A stretch of 64,000 nt of DNA from Nemertoderma westbladi (GCA_032718475.1 JAUCBJ010001577.1:1-64000); one strand, 5' to 3'; positions 1 through 12,598 are shown, counted from the first letter of the stretch. A program made the numbers and translations. The notes: generated by a model from the letters alone, not told the origin.

Positions 1-125
1 TTTTCTCGCGTGTTTAATCTTTTATCTCATGAGTTTAATAATTGTATCGCGAGTTTAATCATTTATCTCGCGAGATTAAATTTTTTCGCGAGTTGAATAA
101 TTTTCTCGCGTTTTTAATCATTTAT
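1..125. repeat. Degenerate ~20-bp tandem repeat (tttatctcgcgagtttaatca-like)
   Basis: About six copies of the tctcgcga/tctcgcgt core at ~20-bp spacing. Confidence 0.7.
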
Positions 126-885
126 CAGGAATATGAAGGGGAATTTAAAAGTCGAATATAAGTATGCCAAATTAATGTCATATACATTATTAATAAATTA
201 ATAGGCAGCCATAACCCTATTTTCCTTGCGGAAACTACCGGGAAGGGGGGGGGGGGGTGGTATTTTGACCTCTCCACACCTCCACCCCCTCATTTTCGAA
301 TTTTGGTGCCATTTATAATTACATCCGACTTTTTCCAGTGGAAACTATGGCAACTACTGAACTATGGCAACGAAAAATACAAGTAGTAACATGTTTTAAA
401 AAATCGATGGTTACATTTACCAACGGCTTAAATTTTGGTAAGGCTCCATACCGGGATGGTACGGCACGAAAATTACAAGTAGATCTTTTCGATAATCACG
501 TGGGACCGAAAAGTAACCCTTCGCATGTCTGAGTGACCCGACCCTACAACATGTTTTATCGTAATCAGCGCCCCAGAAAACCCATATAAACCAAAATTAG
601 AACATTACAATTAATACATTACATTTCATCTGTATTATCTAGAGAAGAAATGTAAATTTTACAGCAATCAATTAATTGTTTAAATTATATTGATAATGAA
701 ACTCGAAATTCGCGGCTTCATGATTAATTTTGTTAGGTACAATCTTTGTCTACTTTGATGTCCGATCAATCGTAATTATTCAAATTGCGATATTATTCCA
801 ATTTACATATTATAATAATATTAATAATTATTTTTTTAGAAACACCAATGAATGATAAATATTTGAAATAGAAGCTTAAAGAGTA

Positions 886-1129
886 ATCACTACGAATTAT
901 ATTTATTCATTTATCAAGCACGTTAAGTAAAAAACCTTACCGGTAGGTGTGTTAGTACCAAAGCAAGTAAAAAAGTACAAAGCAACAGGACAGACGTTTC
1001 ATGCAATCAGTGATCAGCTAGGTCTTGTGGCTTTTTAGTTTTTTTTACTTGCTTTGGTACTAACACACCTACCGGTAAGGTTTTTTACTTAACGTGCTTG
1101 ATAAATAAATAAATATAATTCGTAATGAT
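886..1129. mobile_element. Foldback/MITE-like inverted repeat in intron 5
   Basis: 886-~975 is a near-perfect reverse complement of ~1040-1129 (atcactacgaattata...gtaccaaagcaagtaaaaaa). No clear TSD. Confidence 0.75.
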
Positions 1130-1172
1130 CAATATTTCAAAGTTAAATAAATATAGTACAATAATTACTCAC

Positions 1173-1960
1173 CCCTAGGGAATTGGAATCGACATTGGGA
1201 ACCAGAAGTGATCGCAGATTTCTTGGTGCAAGAAGCGCGATGCCGCCAATCGTGTAGATTAACTCGTTGAGCAATAATGCTCGATATAATCTGAGCCGCC
1301 ATAGTCCCACTTTCAGTAGGGCGACACTGTTGTGGAGGAGTAGAATTGTTTAGAATCACCTGAACCTCTCCGTCAGTTAGTTGGATTGATTCTTCAACAG
1401 AATGACGTGTAATGGCAATAGATAGCAGTTCGGACGCAGTAAACTTGTTGCCGCAAACGGTACAGGAAGCGACAACTGGTTCTGATGAATTACCAAACGA
1501 CCGTTTACTCGCCGATACAGGTATTGCCACAGGTTCAAGAGAAACCGCGCAATTATGACACTTCGATGTATCGATTGGAACGGATGTCTTTATAACAGTG
1601 TCGGCGAACTCAATTAACTTTCCCTTAGAATCTGAATCCAGATCTTTAAACTGTTGCGAAGTGGCTGGGAAACCGTGAATCCAGATAAGGGAATGTAGAT
1701 GTAAGGCGCCACGGCCTGCAGTTTCGGGAACAGCAAAGAAAGCCTTCGTATGGCCGAAAAGGCCACGTTCATTCCCGCTCTCGTTAGCCGAGTTCCATCC
1801 GAGAACATTGCGAATGAAGTGGGTGACCAAGCGATCGAAATACTTTGCCGCCGCGTGCGGGTTCTTACCGAGCGCTGCAAACCGATCCGCGGGTGTTGGG
1901 AAGTCATCCGTATCGTTGAACTGAACAGATATATCCTTCCCATTAGACGCCTCTGCATAT
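1173..1960 (-). CDS. Rep gene exon 5; HUH motif 2 (gene continues beyond the left edge)
   Basis: Acceptor cttttcag at 1961, donor G|GTGAGT at 1172. Extends ORF 1165..1830 upstream (NPHAAAKYFDRLV). Contains GLFGHTKAFFAVPETAGRGALHLHSLIW, CHNC/CTVC and HDWRHRASCTKK...CRFQFP. Catalytic Tyr motif and helicase are not in the window. Confidence 0.85.
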
Positions 1961-2747
1961 CTGAAAAGTAAAATACAAATATAATTATTAGTTTAGTTAA
2001 TAATAATAATAATATGCTTTAAATATAATAGAAGGGCGCTCATTAACCCTATTAAACCCCGGGGGTGTCTGAAAAGAACGCGTTGCGAATCTGACATCTT
2101 ATGACTTTTCCTAAAAATATATTGTCTACCCAATTGTGAAAACGGTTTTCAAAAATATTGGGAAGTTTTCGAGTTATAACACCATTTTTAACCCAACTTT
2201 TGGCACTTTTTTGAGACTTTTTCTGAAAATTACATTTCATGAAATATGATTTGTAACATCTCTATTTTTTATTTATACCGGCTTTTTGGTGTTAGCACCA
2301 AATTTTTAATTATGTCAAAGTTGAAAAGTGGTTGTTTGAACCTGTTTTTTACGCAATTGGGATTTTTTCGGTTCTGGTTTCAATGGAATATATACGAGTT
2401 GCACCAGGCGTATCAAACTTGTATTTTTCTGTGCTGTGTGCTAAATTTAGTGCAGCACGAAATTCTGAAAATCCATTAAATTGCTTGCGACACCTTATGG
2501 CGTAAGAGTTTTCAAACTTGTATTTTTCGGGTTAAAATTGCTGTGCCAGCACCAAAATTTTAAAAATAAGAAAATTTATCAACATATATTATCACCTGAA
2601 TCCGATGGAATCATTTAAAACAGCAGCACTATCTCAAACCTGTACTATGTCATGGATACGAAATTTGGTGCTAGCACGAAATCTTTATATAAGAAATCCA
2701 AATATAACCTTATACAACACCGATTTATGACCATGTATTAAAATTAA

Positions 2748-3095
2748 ACTGTATGCTAATGTAATGCTGGTTTACTTTGTGGCTCGCCCCATATTTTAGA
2801 AATAAATTCACACTATGTCCCGGAATATAGTGTCTCGTAATCTACGTACAACTAACAAACCCCCCTCCCCCATTTTAATTAAATATCAAACAAATCGCTG
2901 AACTGTTGCTGAGCCTGATACCGGTATTGGCATCCAATTATTGAGTCAGACAGACAGACAAACGGACAACTGTATGCTAATGCAATGCTCATTTACTTTG
3001 TGGCTCGCCCCACATTTTTGTACACTATGTCCTGGTTTATAGTGTCTCTGTCTCCGTAATCCAGGAACAACAAACCCCAACACCCCGCATTTAAT
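2748..3095. repeat. Diverged direct duplication (~120 bp) in intron 4, separated by a (CAGA)n tract
   Basis: aactgtatgctaatg.aatgct...tttactttgtggctcgcccca...cactatgtcc occurs at ~2748 and ~2968. Confidence 0.7.
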
Positions 3096-3110
3096 TAAAT
3101 ATAAACTAAC

Positions 3111-3691
3111 CTGAAAACGGCAAGGGATCCCATTTCGTTAGGAGCAACGGTGAGGAACAGATGTGGGTTACCAAACTTAGTTATCAGGTTGTATAACTTT
3201 CTCCGCTCCTGTGTTCGTTGCTCATCGGATCCCCATTTAGTTCCCGAGACTATCTTCACGTGAGTCATTAACGATCGCGCGTTCCCCGAGTTATTAACGG
3301 TTTCATTACGCGACTTATCGAGGAATTCTTTGAGTTCATCGCGTGTAACCGAGTTAATATTGGCACAAACGCCAGGGAATTTCCGCAACCGTAAAGACGT
3401 ATTACTCAGTGCTTGTTCGCGGGACAGAATGTCAAAAACCCGGAGGACAGATTCCGAATCGCTAAACTGTTGGGTCGATAACCGGAGTAGATGACGAAAT
3501 CCTTCGACATTCCCAACGCCTGCGATGTCCCCCGGGTCGCCATAACCGAAGGGAAACTGCTTGGCGAACATTAGCATCCGAGTCTCTGAGTTCCAGTCCG
3601 ACAGTAAATGTGAACTGCGCCGTAAGACAAGTTCATCGTCACATCCCCCCATTCGTTGTAACATCTGCGCTTGCGTTGCAGATTGCGTCAC
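3111..3691 (-). CDS. Rep gene exon 4; Helitron_like_N region including Rep motif 1
   Basis: Within ORF 3095..3745. Acceptor tatttgcag, donor AG|GTTAGT. Motifs MFAKQFPFGYGD, GTKWGSD..R..ERRKL and FGNPHLFLTVAPNE. Confidence 0.85.
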
Positions 3692-4001
3692 CTGCAAATA
3701 TTTAACCAAAAAAATATAATTAAAAAATAATAACAAATTAATCATTACATTTCAATATACTTTGTAGCAAAAATCGTCGTATCAATTAATAAGCGACAGA
3801 TTAGATCTGCAAAAATAAATATATAATAAAGAGCAAATAGTTGTCCCATGATAAGTATGGGGACGTTCATAAAGTATGTCAAGCAAATTTCCCCGATTTT
3901 TGACCCCCCCCCCCCCCCCCTCTGTCACAAAGCAGCTTTTTATATCTAGGAACTGTAACTGCCTGATTTATGAATATTGAAGGAAAGTTATGCATTTTAC
4001 A

Positions 4002-4630
4002 TTGTGGGGCGAGACACGTAGTCGGCGAGCCTTGGCATACGGTTCATATAGGGCAAATGGGGCATGTCCGTCTGTCTGTCTGTCTGTCCGTCCGTCTGTC
4101 TGGTAAATGTTTGAACGCGAATTTCTCTGCATCGCTGGTTCGGAATTGAACCAAACTTAGTAGGTAAGTAGTAGAGAGAAAGTTTAGAAAGTTTGTAAAG
4201 TTTGGTGAAAAATCATGCAGTCTGACGTCAGCTACGACAGATTATGTAGTTTTTAGAAAATGTTAAATTTCTCGGGAAGGCCTCATTTTCCTGAGCTGAA
4301 ATTTTGGTGGCCTGTAGAGAATCATGAAGTCTATCTTTTACGAAATTGAAAAGTTAAGACATTTAATTGGGGATCCGCTAGAGACTCAGAAGTAATGACA
4401 TAGGCCTACCGGTACGGTACTGCTGTACAGTGCTGCACTGGTAAGTACGAAATTGCAGAATAACAATTTGACACCACCTAGCGGATTAACATATGATTGT
4501 ATATCGAATGAATACATTTATAGCATGGGATATTGGGTCCAAACTAGACATGCCCCATTTGCTCTATATGAACCGTATGCCAAGGCTTGCCGACTACGTG
4601 CTGCGCGAAGTCCCCACGAACGTGTTCCTG
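4002..4630 (+). mobile_element. Non-autonomous element with ~55-bp subterminal inverted repeats and a (GTCT/GTCC)n microsatellite (HINE/DINE-1-like architecture), intron 3
   Basis: cacgtagtcggcgagccttggcatacggttcatatagggcaaatggggcatgtc (4015-4068) is inverted at ~4546-4600. Microsatellite at 4066-4101. Outer gtgggg/ccccac match. Confidence 0.65.
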
Positions 4631-5072
4631 TTGGTCACACACACCTCTACAAATGTGTTAAGATGAATGTTTAAATCATAAAACATTGCCGTTGCCGACA
4701 CCCCCCCCCCCCCCCCCCCCCAGTGCGTGACATACTTTATAACGAGAGTAGCAAAAGTTTTGGTGTATATCTACAGTAAAAATATTATTACTATTAATTT
4801 AATAATTGTGTACACACAAGTGAGCAGAAAGGACACCCCCCCCCCCCCCCCCGGTCACAAAATGTCGCGAGTATATTTTCCAATATGTGTTTTTTGAAAT
4901 AAATGTTTAGTGTGGAAAAATAACTAAATTCGTCTGACATTTTAACCATGATAGACTCCGAGATTAGTTAAATATTCAAATTTACATCCATATTAATAAT
5001 TTATAGTAAAACAATAAACCAAATACACTAATTCAGCCCATCGATTATTAAAAGTACCAAAAAAACACCAAC

Positions 5073-6762
5073 CTGGTTAGAAGAGAATATAGAGGCGTCT
5101 GTACGTTCGACACCCTCCTCTAGGTCAGCGACGTTCACAATGTCAGCGGGGCGAGTGTGAGACGACGTAGGTTCCCCCAGTTCCATTTCCGTTGTTTCAT
5201 CGACGACAGAGCTGATCATCGAACTGGGGATGTCATCGGCGGGCAGTTCATCTAACCGCCCCTGAATGCGCTCCACATCGCCGTAGAGACGGTTATTGGC
5301 GAGTAGGAACGTAAGGAGCGCGTTTACTTTATCGCGTCGGATGGTGCAGCGTTTCATAGCCAGTAAACGTTGGACTGAAGTTAACGCTCCGGCTAGAATC
5401 ACCCGAAACGCCGAAACGGAGTCCTGCAGAACTCGAGGTAGTTGAATTGCAGCCGGAGTGTCAGGTTGTCCCCAAACTAACACATGCGACTGCATCATCT
5501 TATTCGCGCCGCCTCGTACAACAACAGTCTTACAGGTCGGCGTCGCGCGAACAACCAAATTCCACTCGGCGTCGGTTGCGTCAGCAACTGCCGCAGGAAC
5601 TTTCCCCAACAAGAAACCATTTGCGATGGAGAGTTTTGGTGGTTTCTTCATAGCTGCGTTTTTGATCGAGTTCAAACAGGTCGAACAAATACGCAATCGC
5701 ACTGAACCATCATGATCAACCTTAAAACCCCTGGGAGACAACAATATGTCCTTTAGCCGGGAATCCAAGTAGTCGACCGAATATAGGTTAATCAACGCAG
5801 CGGGATAATTGGTCGAGCTCCCGGGAGTGAGTTTCTTCTGGAATAAACCAATCATACGGTCGTACTCGCTATTGTCGTTACCGGTACGTAACATTTCATG
5901 GATGGAATCCAAGAATACGGACTCGTCGCAAACGCAACAGGTCCGCTGACCCATTCCGTCGTCCCCCAAACTCCGAGTCATTTTGTCCCAAACTCGTGTT
6001 CTGTCCGCGAGAGTTGGAACAGTCACTGTAACTGGTGCAGGATCGGTGACATTACCTTCAACAATGCGCCTCATCCGATCCGCTGCAACGGCCCTCCGAT
6101 GGGGTTCGGGGTTGATGCGTTGGTGGAGCAAGGCGGCGCTCCGATGGGGTTCGGGGTTGACGCGTTGGTGGAGCAAGGCGGCGCTCCGATGGGGTTCGGG
6201 GTTGACACGTTGGTTGCGCGCAACATTCTCGCGATGAGTCTCCGGGTTATTAATCCGGTTGCGCGCAACGTTCTCGCGATGAGTCTCCGGGTTATTAATC
6301 CAGTATTCAGCTACACTCGCACGATTAGCAGCACGCCGTCGCGATTCCGCCGTAAACTGGGCGCGGACTCTGACACACGATATCTCGTACTGTGCGTTAT
6401 CTTGCAGACTCCCAGGCACTCCCCTATAGAAACCGGCAACAAGTTCGTCAATAGTTGAGTAAATGGTTAGCGCAGCGACGCCCTCGGGCGATGGTAAACC
6501 TTGGGCATCCCGCGCGTGGGAGTCGAACAGGAAGAACGAAGAGTCAGAGTCTTTACCGATCATCACCGTTATATCGAATGACGTTAGAATGGCGAGATCG
6601 GCACGCAGGAAGGCTTGGGTAACTCCCTGCAGTAAGTTACCATATCCTGGGATAGGATTGGGCGCCCCAGCAATGAGATCCAAAACCGTGAACTCAGCCT
6701 TGAGATCCTTTGCAGTAAACGTCGCTGGAATATGGCGGTGTTGCAAAGCCAGTGGAGATTGT
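5073..6762 (-). CDS. Rep gene exon 3; VTD FDSH motif, peptide repeats, Cys motifs, DUF6570-like region
   Basis: Lies within ORF 5028..6875. Acceptor acttttag at 6763, donor CAG|GTTGGT at 5072. Motifs FFLFDSHARD, TCCVCDE, ICSTC, KPPKLSIANGFLLG and RRDKVNALLTFLLANNRLY resemble Helitron proteins N-terminal to Rep. Confidence 0.85.
6070..6300 (-). repeat. In-frame coding repeats: 3x ~45 bp (NPEPHRSAALLHQR) and 2x ~42 bp (INNPETHRENVARN)
   Basis: Visible in both the DNA and the exon 3 translation. Confidence 0.9.
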
Positions 6763-7669
6763 CTAAAAGTTAATAAGTCACAGTAATAATAATAACAAGA
6801 TTTATTAAAATTTTCATTATATGTTACCCTTACCACCATGAGAATATACATGTTGTGGGGCCGGCCGCCTTGCATGTTAAGAGTTGTTTACCTTGATCCA
6901 TTTTTTACCACGACACAATTTTGGTGTTATTTTTTGGACGAAAATGACCAAAACAACAACACACGTATCAAAGAAACGTCAAGAAACGCTGTCTACGGAA
7001 ATAATTTGATATTATTATTTTACGAAATTTAAAGTCAAAATTGTAATTTAGTAAATGTTTTTCCCGTTTGGGTTTGAAAAAGTCATTATAAAAAATATGG
7101 CGGATTCGAACTCGGTACTTCTGCTTAACAATCATCACATCAACTAATTTAGCTACCGGTACATGGTCACATATTGTAGTGTTTTATTGACCAAAAACCA
7201 CAGGTGCAAAATGCTCAAACAATTATTTAACAAACTGCCATACTAACAATGTAGTAATTAAAAATAAGGTTTTGCTCTTTGCAAACCCATATTTGACATC
7301 ATTGCACTAGATACTACTGAGTCCTTTAGTTAGATACATCAATGCTCCTTTAATAAAGAATACGGTACATCACTTCCTCCAAGCATTGAATTACTTATAA
7401 CTTCCTACAACAGCCATGTTGCTTCTGGTTTATATTTACTTATTACATTATACTTACTTTCACACATTCACAGGGTGAAAAACCACAACATTTTTTCCAA
7501 ATATTTTTTAACCAGATCAAATTTGAGAGTTTATGTTAAGTGTATCAGAACTCCACACCGCAACGGATTTTTTGGGCTGATAAACATTGTGAAATATTAT
7601 TGTGGGGAACTGAGAACCCAAAAGTGTTATTCTTTCCTGATTGACTACTATAAGTAATGAAACACTCAC

Positions 7670-7826
7670 GAAAGTTGTTGATAAAGTTGATCTCCCCCAG
7701 TGACAATATAATCAACTATCTCACTACTCCATATAACCGGGTTGGTTACAGCGGCCATTCCAGCAGCGAAAGCGGCAACGGCAGTGCATTGAACCCCACG
7801 AGAGGATACCGGAAATCGTTCGTCAC
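7670..7826 (-). CDS. Rep gene exon 2; catalytic-Cys half of a VTD/herpes-tegument-like deubiquitinase (not in the ORF track)
   Basis: Acceptor ttttctcacag at 7827, donor GTGAGT at 7669. Translates (G)DERFPVSSRGVQCTAVAAFAAGMAAVTNPVIWSSEIVDYIVTGGDQLYQQL(S). Phases (1 in, 2 out) match both neighbours. Confidence 0.85.
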
Positions 7827-8338
7827 CTGTGAGAAAATTATATTTTGTAGGAATTAACTTTCGTATAATACCAGAAATACTTAACTGCTTAATTCAGACA
7901 CAAGTTCAAGGACATTGTGTTTGTTCACATTACCGATATACCGGTAGGTATAGTTTATATATTTAGATAATGTCACGCGCCATAAAATCAAAACAATACC
8001 GAAATAAACAAATGTAAATGCTATTTGTGTCGGTTGGTTGAATGGTTAGGTTTACAGACAGTTAATTTAAAAGAAAAAGTTTATTTAAAACGCAATTGCT
8101 TTATTCCCGCCTTAAAACGCAACTGCGTAACTTGTCAGTCATTGCGAAAAACAAAATGTTTATAATATCTGAATAATGTCTGTATGTGTATAAGTATTCA
8201 TCTTGGTGCAATGCAGACTGTATAACACTGTAACAGAACGTGCGTATATTACATTACTTACAGTCAGTACGTACATTACCTTCATATTATCATATTGAAA
8301 TTTAATTTTACTGTTCGACGAGCAAATAATAAACTAAC

Positions 8339-8771
8339 CTTGGTGAAAGGTACCAGCGATACGAATAGCGGTGGTCGTGATGCTGGTACCGGGAGTGGAT
8401 CGCCCTCTTCTGGGAACCATAGCGATCGAAGAAATTCCAGTGGCGGAACGGTTGGCGGTAGCAGGTAGAGGCCTGCCGTCTCCCGCCACTGGAATTGCGG
8501 AGCCGTCGAAACTGGTTGGCATAGCGACGCCCGGACCCGCCACCGCGGCCCCGCCATTAGTAGCGGGAGCAGAAGCTTCTCCTACAGATGCAGTACTGGT
8601 GTATCCACCAGTGCTGCATCTCAACCTACCACTGTCTACACCGGACAGTTGAGAAACTTCGTCGACTCCCGCTACTCCGACGTCCCGCCGCGGCAGCGAT
8701 GGAGAAGGTGGATCCGGAAGCTCCTTGCGAACGGCATTGAAGTTAAACTTAGTCCGTTTTTTCGGGGGCAT
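8339..8771 (-). CDS. Helitron/Helentron Rep(-helicase) gene, coding exon 1 (MPPKKRTK... to ...AGTFHQ-G)
   Basis: ATG at 8771 gives MPPKKRTKF (NLS-like). GC-rich open frame ending CAA G|GTTAGT donor at 8338, phase 1, which joins exon 2 in frame to give HQGDERF. Confidence 0.75.
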
Positions 8772-9385
8772 TATATATAAGGATGATAGGGAAGTAAAAA
8801 TATATTGAAGTTGGTGTAACGGTAATGGTAAAGCAAATCTAACTAACTCCAGAACTCGCTGTTGAAAGCAATCAATAAAACCAAAAAGCATAAACAGTTA
8901 GCAATAACAGAAATTAACACAAATAATAGATCACAGGATCAGCATATAGTCCTATAGCATATACAGATATACCGGTACCTAGGCCTATATAATCAGATAA
9001 TAGGTCTATGAGTCAGCCAGAAACAGCCTACAGCAGTCAGGCAGTATAGTATAGGCCTATCAGCCTGTCAGCCTATAGCTGTATAGGTCATAGGTCTGTC
9101 TGTCTGTAGGTTACCGTATGGTAATTTAGGCTAATAAGGCACCCACAGTCAATCAGCATGTACAAGTAGGACTACCGTACCGCTACTGTACTTGTTGCAT
9201 TTGTCTTTATTAAGGTTTTCCGTCTCTGTATCCTTATTTTCATTTCACCTGTTCACCCTCCCACAACTTTCGTTCGTTTAAGTAACAACTCGGATTAGTG
9301 CAGCTGCAGTATTATAGATAACCGAATAAACTACAGGTACTGTAGGTACAGTATATGGCTGTATGGTATAACAGGCAGATTTTAT

Positions 9386-9538
9386 GTTTTATACCAGTCA
9401 GCCCGGCTGCCCGGTGCCAGGTGCAGCTTTGAAGAGCCGGTGGAAGATTTTTCCACCCGGCTGCCCGGCAGCCCGGTGCAGCATTTTGCATTGCACAGAG
9501 CCGGCGCAGGATTTTTGCATCTGGCATGGGATAAAACT
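9386..9538. mobile_element. Possible small GC-rich MITE
   Basis: GC-rich island with cccggctgcccgg repeats and imperfect terminal inversion (gttttataccagtcag / ctggcatgggataaaac). Confidence 0.3.
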
Positions 9539-10471
9539 TTTCAATAGGGCGTACCGGTCAGTCGGTAGCAGTAGCAGAGTCTGACAGCGGTACATCCTGA
9601 CATCAGTACATACATACATAACTCTATACTGCTGTACTGCTATAGCTGTATAGGCTGATAGGCTAATACAGTTAATTAATAGGCCTAACCAACAAAATTC
9701 AGAATCAGCCATCAACAATCTGACTATCAGACAATCAGACTTGCAGACTTATGCAGTTATGGACTGTGGCATATGCAATTACGGCTGTATGGCAGTATGG
9801 TACCGGATTGAGCACCAGCACCTGAATGTTAACTAAATTAGGACAGGAAAACGTATGACGTCACTTGCCACGTGTAATTATTGCAGCAGTAATCTGGGAA
9901 TGCAGAATACAGTAATATTTCTACAGTCAACTCTCAACTGTACAGTACACTATCAGACTATACTACTTATGTAACTAAGAATCATCATCTGGACAGCAGT
10001 CCTTAACCTAATAATAATATATCTTTAGTTCATGGCAGCCAGCATGGGGGGAGAAACTACGTATTACAGTAGCTTTTGCCATTCTAACCAATTTTATCAC
10101 TGTATCAAAGTAAAGCAAATAATAATTAGATCAGTTTATCTTCTGATTTGAATGTCAATGACGCCGACGCCAATCCATAGTAGAGTATTAACGTTGTATA
10201 TTTTAAATACAATAATTATATTATTGGAACAGCGAGCGTACTGTATACAATAGTACCCGACACTCATCAGGAAAGGCACTGTGTTAACTAAAATTCATTC
10301 AGCTGGAACACCATTACCATATCCACCTAACATAATAGCAGAGTGAATATTCCCATACGATTTGAATGCCACACAGTGTGTAACCTGATACAGATAATAA
10401 GCATTGATTTTTACATTTCAAACTATAATATTAGCTATAAAGGAGAATCATATTATGTGGCTGCGATTAAA

Positions 10472-11529
10472 CCAAGGTGTACTAAATAACAGGTCATGCA
10501 GCGAGCGGATTGCTTAAATTAGCGGAGGCCGATCGTTTCCCTATTTATGACACTATTTTCATAATATTTTCTTAGAAACTTCTTATGTGCTTCTTTGGTT
10601 AGGTGGATCTGATGACTAGGATTCATAGCAATGTAATAAAATGTGTTTCTGGAATTTTTATTTTGTAGTTGCCAAGGTAACCGGGTGCAAAGTTCAAACT
10701 TTGAGCGCCTGTATTTCAAGGCGACAATGGATTCTTCCCTTGAGATTTCGTAGGTGATTAAAGGAAATAAAACGCTATCAAAATATTTTACATTTTAATT
10801 TGTTTACATTCCCGTTGCCATGGAAATAAGTATAATGAAAAATTTGAGAAATTGTCTACCAATTCTATAAAACACCATTTTTATTCGGTTTGTCAGTCTA
10901 AATAATAAGTTAAAATTGCCAACATTTTATTTTATAATTCGTCAATTGTGAATCATATTTTTAAAAGTCAACATTTGCCAATAAACTAAACTGTCCAATC
11001 AGAGAGCAAGACCTGTTATAGCATGATTTTCACATTCCAGAATATTAAATTTCGGTTAGCAATTATTAGAAATATAGAACAACCACCAGGCATGTTTGTT
11101 GAAAATTATATAAATAGTAAATAGTAGCCCAATTTCAATCTGGCGGTCATAATGGGAAATTATCGTAATTCCCGTCACCATGGAAACGGGATTGAAAAAA
11201 AATTAAAATGTAAAATATTTTGATAGACTTTTTTTCCCTTTACTCATATACCAAATCTCACGAACAGAATCCCTTGTCGTCTTAAATTACAGGCGCTCGA
11301 AATTTGAACTTTGCACCCGGTTACCTTGGCAACTACAAGATAAAAATTCCAGAAAGACATTTTATTACATTTCTATGAACCCTAGTCATCATATCCACCT
11401 AACCAAAGTTGCATAAAATAAGTTTCTAAGGAAATATTATGAAAATAGTGTCATAAATAGGGAAACAATCGGCCTCCGCTAATTTCCGCAATCCGCTCGC
11501 TGCATGACCTGTTATTTAGTACACCTTGG
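10472..11529. mobile_element. Non-autonomous DNA transposon, ~350-bp TIRs, 6-bp TSD ATTAAA
   Basis: ccaaggtgtactaaataacaggtcatgcagcgagcggattgc... (10472-~10823) is inverted at ~11178-11529. ATTAAA at 10466-10471 and 11530-11535. Removing it restores a sequence matching B units (ggctgagtaaacattccacc). Confidence 0.88.
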
Positions 11530-12598
11530 ATTAAACATACACTTTTTTAAACATACAGTCTCCACAGTATTAATGTTTGGCATTAATGAAGCCAACACAC
11601 TGTGTACTTAACACGTGTTATTTTACTATTGCTCCTATGGCGTTTTTTCGTTTATCTCTATTTTTCGAGCCCAGAGGCTATGGACGGAGTAGCCGATCAT
11701 GCCAGGGATCTTACAGTAGAATCGCGGTATCTAGTTGCAGTGAAAATTTCATCAAAACCGTTAGAGTAGTTTTGGTTGTAGATGAGCCAGCCAGTCGGCG
11801 GGTCAAGCAATCAGCCAACAAGTCTTACAGTAATCAAGTCTTACGACTTTTTTAAACATACAGTCTCCACAGTATTCATGTTTGGCATTAATGTAGCCAT
11901 TTCGAAACCACCCTGGTGCGATGCGCGATATCGTGTTTTATTAATAAATTGAAAACTCCATCAATTCATGTGCAACCAGTAATAAGAAATCGCGATAAAT
12001 GTAATTAAATAAATATTATTCTAGAAAAATTTTCCTCAAAAAGTATGAAGTCTTGGCATTGGTGACGCGAAACTAGGCTAGTGATATTTAGGATATTGCG
12101 TTTAATATAAAAATCGAAAACGCTATCGAATACCGTAAAGGCGTTTATAAAATACTGCAACTTATTTTTTGAAATTTGTAAAATTTAGAACTATAAAAAA
12201 TTAATTTTTGAACGGCGCTGTTTGGGGTTTCGAAACATGGATAGGCTGAAAGAGGACATCGAATTAAGTTGAAAAATAAAAACCCCATCGAATTTGGACA
12301 AAGCGTTCCGGAGTTATAGCGGATCGAAAAAAATTGACCCCCCCCCCCCAGTCGCCAAAAATTTACAGTAATTTAAAAAAAAATTTTGCGTTATTTTTGA
12401 TGGCAAATCGATTGACAGTACTGGCTATGAAAAAATTTTTTTGAAATTTTTGGTCAGAAAAAAAAACATGGAAAAAGTATCTTTTTAAAAAGATTTGATG
12501 TCTTTGCCTATGGTCAGAGAATGATCCAACTCTGTAACTTGGCAATCGCTCAAATCCATTCAGCTGAATGGCACAGTAGAGTAAACTAAAGTATATTC

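Larger units (their letters stand above)
1..11850 (-). mobile_element. 5' portion of a putative autonomous Helitron/Helentron related to the B-type non-autonomous units
   Basis: Contains the spliced Rep gene. 10180-10470 and 11535-11850 are diverged copies of B-unit internal and 5' sequence, ending in a degenerate B 5' terminus (taatcaagtcttacgacttt). Confidence 0.6.

Noticed and set aside
2044-2540. piggyBac-like MITE starting TTAACCCT
   Set aside because: No convincing matching inverted end was found.
6763-6875. ORF-track N-termini of 5028..6875, 3095..3745 and 8334..8891
   Set aside because: AT-rich intron or UTR read-through upstream of clear splice acceptors or the likely ATG.
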